Shown here piece by piece: positions 29,443-42,098 of a DNA stretch of 64,000 bases. The position numbers were made by a program, and so were the translations under genes. The stretch lies in NCBI GenBank assembly GCA_964035545.1, contig OZ037773.1:7097751-7161750 (forward strand). Reading direction: 5' to 3'. A model generated the notes under the pieces. That model saw nothing but the letters and a program-made list of their open reading frames with translations, was not told the DNA's origin and made no database searches. Source of the stretch: Bugula neritina. Lineage: Eukaryota > Animalia > Bryozoa. Every line of letters starts with the position of its first letter. Position 1 is the stretch's first letter.

Positions 29443-30179
29443 GTAGACTAGGCTACTTGTGCTGCTAGCAGTGTGTTACTGTGCTATGCTGCTAGCTACC
29501 TGGGTGGCTATACAGAAACCATGTTGATTTTATTTGCATGTTTTGTGTGCTATTGTGTTGTATAAGAATTTACAATAAATTAAATATAAAAAACACATCT
29601 TAATCAACAGTAAAAAGTATACATGCCAGGAAAAATTAGAAAGCTCTAAATAAAATTAATATCGACGTGAATGTTAAAGATAATTACATAATAATAGGAT
29701 ACAGCTCATACATGGTTAAATATCTACTATGCAAGTGTTTGAACATTAATAAATATATAATTTAATCTTTGTTTTATATTATTTATGGCTGGTATGACTT
29801 CATGAGTTTGAATTTTTTTTACCACATTTTACGCTCTATATATCTTATATATCGAAATTTGAATTCCTTATCAACGAGAAGTCAAGTGCTTTGTATACAG
29901 TAAAAGTCTCATGTCTCAATATGTTTATGCTTGGCTTCGAGAACTTACAGCTAACTTCGCAGCATTAGTATTATATTTATAATATATTTAATTATTATAA
30001 ATATTTATATTTCCTGATAATAATGAATAACTAACTTTAAATCATTTTACTGACAATGAAATTCGGCATAACACATATAACTATCATTATTAATATTAAA
30101 TCTAAAATTGCAGTTACTTTTTGCTAAAAATAATGATATCTTTGCAGCAATCCTCATACTAACTGTTATACTACAACAA

Positions 30180-30530
30180 AGCGTCACCGTTTCCATGGCA
30201 GCAAATAGTAGTTTATTACTCCAATGGGAACGCAACTACAGTCTTGAATCTCGCGTGAATCAATACAAAAACAAGCCAGTTTGTGCGCAGTAATTTATTT
30301 CAACCATTGTGAAAAGGCAGCAAGACAACAGCACAAACACAGGTTATCTCTCTATGGCAGCAAGCAGCAGTTAGTGCATATAAGTTAAAACAGCAGTTTT
30401 TCATCCTATTGGACACCTTTTGGAAAGAAATTATCATAAAGGTAACATTAGAAACATTGTATATATAATTTCTCTTAGAACTCAGCTAAGCTTATAAGGG
30501 TGATATTTTGATTGGCGCCATTTTGTATCT
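30180..30530 (+). promoter_or_regulatory. CpG-containing promoter-like region with a candidate first-exon donor
   Basis: X-box-like GTTTCCATGGCAGC (30189-30202), CCAAT (30221), ACTACA (30235), TCTCGCGTGA (30249-30258), AAG|GTAACA donor near 30441, YY1-like CGCCATTTT near 30516. Confidence 0.45.
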
Positions 30531-31399
30531 AATTACATAAAGGTTTTGTTCTACTATTTACTGGATTCTTTACTTATAATTCAAGTTTTAGTAAGTATGA
30601 AAATTATTTTAAGTTATAGAAAACATCTATACCATATAAAGAAAACAACCTTCCTTATTTAGGATTTTATTTAGATATGTTTTCACCAGTTAAATGCAAG
30701 AATGAGCATTGAAACTAAGAATTGTTTTTTCATCACCTTTACTGAATTTCCAATCTAATAAATAAATAACTTCAAGTAAATAATAAATATTTATTATATT
30801 AAAACAATGCATATCAATAACTAGTTCTAGATGTTTTGGTTATCGGTTTATTACTTTTTTAGTTGAAGTTCTTGTCTAAAACTTCTAATTTCATTACAAA
30901 TTTGACGTTAATGCAAAAGTATTATTTTGTTAAAATTTGTAATTATGAATTTACAAAGCAAGCTAAAGAAATTTGTTGAAAAACTAAAATTGGTTCTGGA
31001 AAATTGTTTGAAAGCTCAAGCAGGAAAACTAAAAAGCTATTATGTGTTTTCTTGCATTAATTGCATAACAACTTTCTAATTAAGATATCTTAAACGGCAA
31101 AAAGTAAATAATTCTTGATAAAAATTTGCAGTGTGTACAAAGTTGTGGTAATTATCAAAATTTACCTTAAGCATGTACTAGGTTTAAACCAATTATTAGA
31201 ACATAATATTATACGTTATCAACTTATAGTTATCAGCTTCATTAGTCAAGACGAAATAACGTCTTGTACTCTATTTTTATACTTCTTATTTCATACATAT
31301 ATGCAGTATATATTATAAAATTAAATAGACACGTGTTATGCTTAGGCGAACAGGTAATTTCTAGGGAGGATACATATAATTAGTTTAACTTAGTCAGCA

Positions 31400-34320
31400 T
31401 AACACTTTCATACTCTGTAACATAAATTTCTAACCTAAGGATTTAATCCTTTAGCTATTATTTATCGACCTTTTGTTTGCAGAGCTATGATGTGGTAATT
31501 AAATAGAAAGCTTTCTAAGTTGACTGGCAGCTTTCAAACAGAGTCACTTCTGCCATTTATACACTGGAGCTAGACCTGATCAGATGTGCCTGGAGAAGAG
31601 AAGCTCCTTTAACCAATACTACTAGTTAGTACAATGCCAGCACCGGGCAAGGAGTTCCAAATACAGCTAAATACACTACACACTGCTTCTACAAAGACAA
31701 CACTCACCTGTCTCCTTCATTCACAAAATTTGGTAAGTTATCAGCGCATTATCATTAAAATAATTTGTTGCATTATTGTGCATATAGTATTTGTTGAAGA
31801 GATAAAAAATTGAGTCATTCATTGTATTTTTGCCTTCAAATCTTTACCAGAAACTTGCTTTTTGCCAGTGAAATGCTGTGTGAGCTGACAGTAAGAATGT
31901 TTTATACTCTGTACTTGCTCATTCTGTTGGCCAATAAATTAGAATTTATGTACCAGCCCATTGGTCTTTTAACTCAAGTCTCTTTTTAGCTGGAACTGTT
32001 AAACTTATGGTAAAAAAATAATGAGGCTGATTTAATGAACCTTATGTTAGTAGCAGTACATGTTTCAGAGTAAGAATGCTTTTGTGACAATTGGCTATCT
32101 GAATGTAACTCAATTTGGGCTTATATTTTGGCATAAGTTGCAGTCCTTGGCAGTATGAAATTAAATTTCTAATCGTTCTTGAAAACTTTGGATAAAAAGT
32201 GTTATGATGAAGCTCTTCTTTGTGAATCTATGCTATTCAAATGTCTAGAACTAATAGGTTATAAAACTGTTTAAGAAAGTATGGAAAATTTATTGCTCTG
32301 CTTTTATTGGTAAATTAGTTATTTGCATCAAACTTCTCTGCTTCTTTGTTTAAGACGCAATATTATCTTATATTAAATTTTTGCATGTATTTTATCTGTT
32401 TCATACTTATTATTTCATACACATATATACAGTATATTACAATAACATTGAATAAACACTTGTCATGCAAGGTGCATGCTATGAATTTAGTTTTAACAAC
32501 ATGTGTTAGCACAAAAACTTCTAGCCTAAAGATTATAGCATTCAATCTTCTAGCTATTTATCTTTCTATTATTTGCAGAGCTATGATGTGGTAATTGAAT
32601 AGAAAGCTTTCTAAGTTGGCTGGCAGCTTTCAGAGTCACTTTTGCCATTTATACACTGTAGCCAGACCTGATCAGATGTGCCTGGAGAAGGGAAGCTTCT
32701 TTAACCAATACTACTAGTTAGTACAATACCAACACAGGGCAAGGAGTTCCAAATACAGTGCAGTCTAACCAAAGACACTGTACACTTCTACAAGGACAAT
32801 ACCATGCTGTCTCCCCCTTTCTCAATATTTGGTAAGTTATCATTCTTAAAAATAATTTGTTTAAGTATTGTATATAGCATAAGTTTAAAAGGATGGGGGG
32901 GGGGAAGAAACAAATTGATTCATTCATGTCATAGTTGCTTTCAAATCTTTCTCAGAAAACTATTTTTACACAGTGTAGTGTTTGTTGTCTGAGTTAGCAG
33001 TCAAGACTTCTTATGTTATAAATTATAATTCTACAATTGCATTTAAATTCTTTGCAGTTTTAGATTAAGAATGCTTTTGTGACCATTGGTCACCTGAATG
33101 TGCTTTGATTTGGGTATAAACTTGAACTTGTTGCATAATTTGTAGTTCTTGGCAATATGAAATTAGTTTTCTAATAGTTCTTGAAAGCTTCAAATAAAAA
33201 GTGTTATGGTGAAGCTCTGCCTTGTGAGTTTATGCTACACAAATATCTACACAAATAGGTTATATAAAACTGTTTAAGATAGAATGGGAAATTTAATGCT
33301 CTGCTTTTATTAGTCTATTAGTTTTTTGCATCAAACTCCCCTGCTTCTTTAGCTTGCTTGAGTGTTTTATTATGCTGTGTGCTATAGACATTGCTGGGGA
33401 TAATACATACATTTAGTTTTAATAACATGTGTTGGCATAAAAACTTCTAGCCTATTACAGCATTTAATCCTTTAGCTATTATTTATCTTTCTTTTGTTTG
33501 CAGAGCTATGATGTTGTAACTGAAAAAAAAGCTTTCTAAGTTGGCTGGCAGCTTTCAAACAGAATCACTTCTGCCATTTATACACTGGAGCCAGACCTGA
33601 TCAGATGTGCCTGGAAAAGAGAAGGTTCTATAACTAATACTACTAGTCAGTACGATACCAACACAGAACAAGGAGTTCCAAATACAGATAAGTCTAACCA
33701 CATACACTACACACTGCTTCTACAAAGACTATCAATCTGTCTCCTCCATTCACAAAGTTGGGTAAGTTAAAATTCTAATAACTTGGTGGAGGGTTGTATA
33801 TAGTATATGATGAGCTAGAAAAATAAATTTAGACCATTAATTTTATTGTTGCCATTAAATCTGCCAGAACTTTATTTGGCCAGAGTAGTGTCGTATGAGC
33901 TAGCAATAAAACTTCTTATGCTATAGTTGATGTGTGTAAACTTGATATTGGACTAGTCTGTGCCAGCTCACTTGTTAGTTTTGTCTGGTAGTATCCATCT
34001 TGAAAAGTACAACTCCACAGTGTGTCTGATTTTATTAACTTTAAGAGTTGTGTTAGTAGTAGTGCAGCTCTTAAGTTAATGTTGCTTTTGTGACATAGGT
34101 AGTTTAATTTTGGCATAAATTAAAATTTTGTGCATAACTTTCAGCTTGAAATTAGTTTTCTGGTCCATATTAGTGAATACTTTGGATAAAAGATGTTATG
34201 GAGAAACTCTTGTTTGTGAATCAATGCTAAGCAAATGATTGCAATTAATAGGTTATAACTGTTAAAAGAATAATGAAAAAAATTAATTTGTGTGACTTTA
34301 TTAGTAATCTCATAGGATAG
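31400..34320 (+). repeat. About 1-kb tandem triplication, each unit carrying a ~250-nt exon-like block
   Basis: Blocks 31483-31732, 32579-32831 and 33504-33761 each begin tttgcag|agctatgatg and end g|gtaagtt; the spacers are also homologous; no long ORF. Confidence 0.8.
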
Positions 34321-36378
34321 CTAAAAGCCAACTTTTGTTTTGTGTGTAAGTGTAACCTTCACAGATTTACTTGTAAGCTACAATTAGTTTAATGCAGTTA
34401 ATAATTAGTATCTCTTAGCTTGTGTCTGCCCAGTACAATCAGAAAATGTATCAATCCCAGCACTAACGCCTAAATACTAAGCTCTACACCCTTCAGTGAA
34501 ATCATAGATATCAAATATATGTATATAAGGCTTACTATATAAAAATATACTCCTTTTATTAAATATACTAAATTAAAAACATGTAAAAAACTATTAGAGT
34601 TATTAGAATAATAAATATTTTAATGTAAACACTCTTTTCAACATTTTAGGTGACATTTTGTAGGTACCAGGTATATGTGTCTGTTTTCGATGTTTATTCA
34701 GTTCATTGTTGTCCTTGTTTGTCTGTGTTTGTCTTGGACCCTGAATTCACTGCTTGCTACAATTCTTTACTTTTAAAGTTGATTCACATTAGCACCAACT
34801 CTATTCTTTGCTGCACCATTTGTTCAGTTCATTAGTATCTTTAAAACAATTTGGCTTTACGTTTGCCTGCATTTGTTGATGACTTTATACACTTGATGCC
34901 ACTAAAACTCATTACTGCCAAAGTGAGTTTTCATCAGTAGAATTTATTTTCTTTCTGTTTATTTCAATTTATTTGTATAAAAACATCTTCTTTTAATTGC
35001 CTGTTTCCACTGTGAACTTTGTGCACTTAATCCTTTCTTTACCATTAAACTGAATTTACATCAGTGAGTTATTTTCTTTCCTAAACAGTTTAAAAATGAG
35101 TTGTACAAAAAGCACTTTTCTATTTCTCTGTTTGTGCTGTGAGCTTTGCACAGTTTTTTGTTTCTTCTTTTTCAATGATTTGCTTTTTGTGTGCCAACAC
35201 ACTGTTTTGGAAGAATAGGTGTTTTATAAAAACATGTTTGGTTCTTCTGTGGAGATTTACCTTACCTTTTTGGGAACTTTTTAAATAACTAGCATGGATG
35301 GCAGATGCATTTCTTCCTGTTCACTTTCAGCTTCTAACATATAATTAGAAATAAGAAAGGTTTACTTTGCAAGATTAAAAACAGTTTAACAAGTAAAATT
35401 AATTAGTTGGTTCATTGCATGTTACTAAGTTTTAACAAACCTGTGAATTACAGAGACTTTAAGTTAATAAGGATTCTGTTAACTACCTGAATTGGTCAAA
35501 TTTTCAACCATATCTAACACTCTATTTGTCTACTATTGCTGTTAATGTGGACTTTATGTAGATGTTAATTTCTTGCCGACATTAGTAGTAAATAAATTTA
35601 TGACAGATTTATTAATTAGTAGTTTCTTCAGTTTGGGCTCTGCAATAACTATCAAAATTATAAACAGTCTAACTATTAAAATTAACTAAATTTGGAGTTT
35701 ATAATTAAAATTCTCATAGCCACACATAAAAAAACTTCTATATCAGTCAGGTTGATTGCCAAATTGGCTTAGTACTATTTCTGGAAGCTTCATGGTGACT
35801 CATCAATGCTGGATGGTCAGCACAATAGCATGGGTACCTCCACTTCTGTCACAACTGATGCTCTGCTCTGTGAACCCCTCCATACATGTTGATATGCTCT
35901 CTCTTGGGATGGTGGATGCTTTTATAAAAACATGTTTAGCCTTTCTGTGCTGTTGAGAACTTTTTTTATGGACTCTATAGCTAAAATTGTTTTTATTTTA
36001 CAGTAAATACCGATTGGTGGAAGCTATATTATTTTCTGCACAGTTGTTTTTGTTTTCATTGGCAATGTAATATATATTTCTAAATATATGCATTAAATCA
36101 AATACACATATGTAATGTCTCACTTGTTGCAGTTTCTATCTTTAGAACTACTTCTTCCATTCACATATGTAAATAAAATGCTCTCTAATAAAATTGTGTA
36201 GCTATATAGATTATGAAGATGCTTGAATAACTTGTGAATTTACAACGCTATATCAGTAAAATGACATGTATACTTTTGCGAAAAATTCTAATTGTTCTAA
36301 TTGTTAGTGGTAGTTGAAAATATCTGAATGTCCATTCTCAATGCAATCTTTTAGATGATCGTCAGGTTCTGACGTGAC

Positions 36379-39300
36379 AATGATTTCTCTCCAGTGTGTG
36401 TTCTCATATGTTGCATTGAGACTGAATGCACTTTTACAAATATGACATGAAAATGATTTCTCTCCAGTGTGTGTTCTCATATGTTTGTCGTTGCATTGAG
36501 ACTGAATGCACTTTTACAAATATGACATGAAAATGATTTCTCTCCAGTGTGTGTTCTCATATGTTGCATTGAAACTGAATTTACTTTTACAAATATAACA
36601 TGAAAATGATTTCTCTCCAGTGTGTGTTCTCATGTGTTGCATTGAGACTGAATGCACTTTTACAAATATGACATGAAAATGGTTTCTCTCCAGTGTGTGT
36701 TCTCATATGTTGCAGTTGCATTGAGACTGAATGCACTTTTACAAATATGACATGAAAATGATTTCTCTCCAGTGTGTGTTCTCATATGTTGCATTGAGAC
36801 TGAATGCACTTTTACAAATATGACATGAAAATGGTTTCTCTCCAGTGTGTGTTCTCATATGTTGCTGTTGCATTGAGACTGAATTTACTTTTACAAATAT
36901 GACATGAAAATGGTTTCTCTCCAGTGTGTGTTCTCATATGTTGCATTGAGACTGAATTTACTTTTACAAATATGACATGAAACTGGTTTCTCTCCAGTGT
37001 GTGGTCTCATATGTTGCTGTTGCATTGTGACTGAATGCACTTTTACAAATATGACATGAAAATGATTTCTCTCCAGTGTGTGTTCTCATATGTTGCTGTT
37101 GCATTGAGACTGAATTTACTTTTACAAATATGACATGAAAATGATTTCTCTCCAGTGTGTGTTCTCATGTGTTGCTGTTGCATTGAGACCGAATGCATTT
37201 TTACAAATAGGACATGAAAATGATTTCTCTCCAGCGTGTGTTCTCATATGTTGCATTGTGACTGAATGCACTTTTACAAATATGACATGAAAATGATTTC
37301 TCTCCAGTGTGTGTTCTCATGTGTTGCTGTTGCATTGAGACCGAATGCATTTTTACAAATAGGACATGAAAATGATTTCTCTCCAGCGTGTGTTCTCATA
37401 TGTTGCATTGTGACTGAATGCACTTTTACAAATATGACATGAAAATGATTTCTCTCCAGTGTGTGTTCTCATATGTTGCATTGTGACTGAATGCACTTTT
37501 ACAAATATGACATGAAAATGATTTCTCTCCAGTGTGTGTTCTCATGTGTTGCTGTTGCATTAAGACTGAATGCACTTTTACAAATATGACATGAAAATGG
37601 TTTCTCTCCAGTGTGTGTTCTCATGTGTTGCTGTTGCATTAAGACTGAATGCACTTTTACAAATATGACATGAAAATGATTTCTCTCCAGTGTGTGTTCT
37701 CATATGTTGCATTGAGACTGAATGCACTTTTACAAATATGACATGAAAATGATTTCTCTCCAGTGTGTGTTCTCATATGTTGCTGTTGCATTGAGACTGA
37801 ATGCACTTTTACAAATATGACATGAAAATGGTTTCTCTCCAGTGTGTGTTCTCATGTGTTGCTGTTGCATTAAGACTGAATGCACTTTTACAAATATGAC
37901 ATGAAAATGATTTCTCTCCAGTGTGTGTTCTCATATGTTGCTGTTGCATTGAGACTGAATGCACTTTTACAAATATGACATGAAAATGGTTTCTCTCCAG
38001 TGTGTGTTCTCATATGTTGCTGTTGCATTGAGACTGAATTTACTTTTACAAATATGACATGAAAATGATTTCTCTCCAGTGTCTGTTCTCATATGTTGCA
38101 TTGAGACTGAATGCACTTTTACAAATATGACATGAAAATGATTTCTCTCCAGTGTGTGTTCTCATATGTTGCATTGAGACTGAATGCACTTTTACAAATA
38201 TAACATGAAAATGATTTCTCTCCAGTGTGTGGTCTCATATGTTGCTGTTGCATTGAGACTGAATGCACTTTTACAAATATGACATGAAAATGATTTCTCT
38301 CCAGTGTGAGTCCTCATATGTTGCATTGAGACTGAATGCACTTTTACAAATATGACATGAAAATGATTTCTCTCCAGTGTGAGTCCTCATATGTTGCATT
38401 GAGACTGAATGCACTTTTACAAATATGACATGAAAATGATTTCTCTCCAGTGTGTGTTCTCATATGTTACATTGAGACTGAATGCACTTTTACAAATATG
38501 ACATGAAAATGATTTCTCTCCAGTGTCTGTTCTCATATGTTGCATTGAGACTGAATGCACTTTTACAAATATGACATGAAAATGATTTCTCTCCAGTGTG
38601 TGTTCTCATATGTTGCTGTTGCATTGAGACTGAATGCACTTTTACAAATATGACATGAAAATGATTTCTCTCCAGTGTGTGTTCTCATATGTTGCTGTTG
38701 CATTGAGACTGAATGCACTTTTACAAATATGACATGAAAATGATTTCTCTCCAGTGTGTGTTCTCATATGTTGCTGTTGCATTGAGACTGAATGCACTTT
38801 TACAAATATGACATGAAAATGATTTCTCTCCAGTGTGTGTTCTCATATGTTGCATTGAGACTGAATGCACTTTTACAAATATGACATGAAAATGGTTTCT
38901 CTCCAGTGTGTGTTCTCATATGTTGCATTGAGACTGAATACACTTTTACAAATATGACATGAAAATGATTTCTCTCCAGTGTGAGTCCTCATGTGTTGCT
39001 GTTGCATTGAGACTGAATGCACTTTTACAAATATGACATGAAAATGATTTCTCTCCAGTGTCTGTTCTCATATGTTGCATTGAGACTGAATGCACTTTTA
39101 CAAATATGACATGAAAATGGTTTCTCTCCAGTGTGCGTTTTCATATGTTGCATTGAGACTGAATTTACTTTTACAAATATGACATGAAAATGATTTCTCT
39201 CCAGTGTGTGTTCTCATATGTTGCTGTTGCATTGAAACTGAATGCACTTTTACAAATATGACATGAAAATGATTTCTCTCCAGTATGTGTCCTCATATGT

Positions 39301-42098
39301 TGCTGTTGCGTTTCGACTGAATTTACTTTTACAAATATGACATGGAAATGGTTTCTCTCCAGTGTGTGTTCTCATATGTTGCTGTTTCATTGTGACTGAA
39401 TGCACTTTTACAAATATGACATAAAAATGATTTCTCTCCAGTGTGTGTTTTCATACGTTGCATTATGACTGAATGCACTTTTACAAATATGACATGAAAA
39501 TGATTTCTCTCCAGTGTGTATTCTCATATGTTGCATTGAGACTGAATGCACTTTTACAAATATGACATGAAAATGATTTCTCTCCAGTGTGTGTTCTCAT
39601 ATGTTGCTGTTGCATTGTGACTGAATGCACTTTTACAAATATGACATGAAAATGGTTTCTCTCCAGTGTGTGTTCTCATATGTTGCATTGAGACTGAATG
39701 CACTTTTACAAATATGACATGAAAATGATTTCTCTCCAGTATGTGTCCTCATATGTTGCTGTTGCGTTTCGACTGAATTTACTTTTACAAATATGACATG
39801 GAAATGGTTTCTCTCCAGTGTGTGTTCTCATATGTTGCTGTTTCATTGTGACTGAATGCACTTTTACAAATATGACATAAAAATGATTTCTCTCCAGTGT
39901 GTGTTTTCATATGTTGCATTATGACTGAATGCACTTTTACAAATATGACATGAAAATGATTTCTCTCCAGTGTGTATTCTCATATGTTGCATTGAGACTG
40001 AATGCACTTTTACAAATATGACATGAAAATGATTTCTCTCCAGTGTGTGTTCTCATATGTTGCTGTTTCATTGTGACTGAATGCACTTTTACAAATATGA
40101 CATGAAAATGATTTCTCTCCAGTGTGTGTTCTCATGTGTTGCTGTTGCATTGAGACCGAATGCATTTTTACAAATAGGACATGAAAATGATTTCTCTCCA
40201 GTGTGTGTTCTCATATGTTGCTGTTGCATTGAGGCTGAATGCACTTTTACAAATATGACATGAAAATGGTTTCTCTCCAGTGTGTGTTCTCATATGTTGC
40301 TGTTGCATTGAGGCTGAATGCACTTTTACAAATATGACATAAAAATGATTTCTCTCCAGTGTGTGGTCTCATATGTTGCATTGAGACTGAATGCACTTTT
40401 ACAAATATGACATAAAAATGATTTCTCTCCAGTGTGTGTTCTCATATGTTGCATTGTGACTGAATGCACTTTTACAAATATGACATGAAAATGATTTCTC
40501 TCCAGTGTGTGTTCTCATATGTTGCTGTTGCATTGAGACTGAATGCACTTTTACAAATATGACATAAAAATGATTTCTCTCCAGTGTGTGTTCTCATATG
40601 TTGCATTGTGACTGAATGCACTTTTACAAATATGACATGAAAATGATTTCTCTCCAGTGTGTGTTCTCATATGTTGCTGTTGCATTGAGACTGAATGCAC
40701 TTTTACAAATATGACATGAAAATGATTTCTCTCCAGTGTGTGTTCTCATATGTTGCATTGAGACTAAATGCACTTTTACAAATATGACATAAAAATGATT
40801 TCTCTCCAGTGTGTGTTCTCATATGTTGCATTGTGACTGAATGCACTTTTACAAATATGACATGAAAATGATTTCTCTCCAGTGTGTGTTCTCATATGTT
40901 GCTGTTGCATTGAGACTGAATGCACTTTTACAAATATGACATGAAAATGGTTTCTCTCCAGTGTGTGTTCTCATATGTTGCATTGAGACTGAATGCACTT
41001 TTACAAATATGACATGAAAATGATTTCTCTCCAGTGTGTGTTCTCATATGTTGCTGTTGCATTGAGACTGAATGCACTTTTACAAATATGACATGAAAAT
41101 GGTTTCTCTCCAGTGTGTGTTCTCATATGTTGCATTGAGACTGAATGCACTTTTACAAATATGACATGAAAATGGTTTCTCTCCAGTGTCTGTTCTCATA
41201 TGTTGCATTGAGACTGAATGCACTTTTACAAATATGACATGAAAATGATTTCTCTCCAGTGTGTGTTCTCATATGTTGCATTGAGACTGAATGCACTTTT
41301 ACAAATATGACATGAAAATGATTTCTCTCCAGTGTGTGTTCTCATATGTTGCATTGAGACTGAATTTACTTTTACAAATATGACATGGAAATGGTTTCTC
41401 TCCAGTGTGTGTTCTCATATGTTGCTTTTGCATTGAAACTGAATGCACTTTTACAAATATGACATAAAAATGATTTCTCTCCAGTGTGTGTTCTCATATG
41501 TTGCATTGAGACTGAATGCACTTTTACAAATATGACATGAAAATGATTTCTCTCCAGTGTGTGTTCTCATATGTTGCATTGAGACTGAATGCACTTTTAC
41601 AAATATGACATGAAAATGGTTTCTCTCCAGTGTGTGTTCTCATATGTTGCAGTTGCATTGAGACTGAATGCACTTTTACAAATATGACATGAAAATGATT
41701 TCTCTCCAGTGTGTGTTCTCATATGTTGCATTGAGACTGAATTTACTTTTACAAATATGACATGGAAATGGTTTCTCTCCAGTGTGTGTTCTCATATGTT
41801 GCTTTTGCATTGAGACTGAATTTACTTTTACAATTATGACATGAAAATGATTTCTCTCCAGCGTGTGTTCTCATGTGTTGCTGTTGCATTGAGACTGAAT
41901 GCACTTTTACAAATATGACATGAAAATGATTTCTCTCCAGTGTGTGTTCTCATATGTTGCTGTTGCATTGAGACTGAATGCACTTTTACAAATATGACAT
42001 GAAAATGATTTCTCTCCAGTGTGTGTTCTCATATGTTGCTGTTGCATTGAGACTGATTGCATTTTTACAAATATGACATGAAAATGATTTCTCTCCAG
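36379..42098 (-). repeat. 5.7-kb satellite of 73/79-bp units derived from a C2H2 zinc-finger repeat (about 75 units)
   Basis: Unit aatgatttctctccagtgtgtgttctcatatgttg[ctgttg]cattgagactgaatgcacttttacaaatatgacatgaa. The minus strand encodes [10 protein letters not shown](S/P)[12 protein letters not shown]; unit length is 1 mod 3, so the frame shifts in every unit. Confidence 0.95.

Noticed and set aside
32195-32345. Intronic C/D snoRNA in the triplicated unit
   Set aside because: The ATGATGA box is not kept in the other two copies (ATGGTGA, ATGGAGA) and no terminal stem or D box was found.
36379-42098. CRISPR-like array, or a giant poly-zinc-finger gene
   Set aside because: Units are contiguous with no unique spacers and the context is eukaryotic. 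Each unit shifts frame and lacks helix residues (at most x10 instead of x12 between Cys and His), so even frameshifting would not restore fingers.
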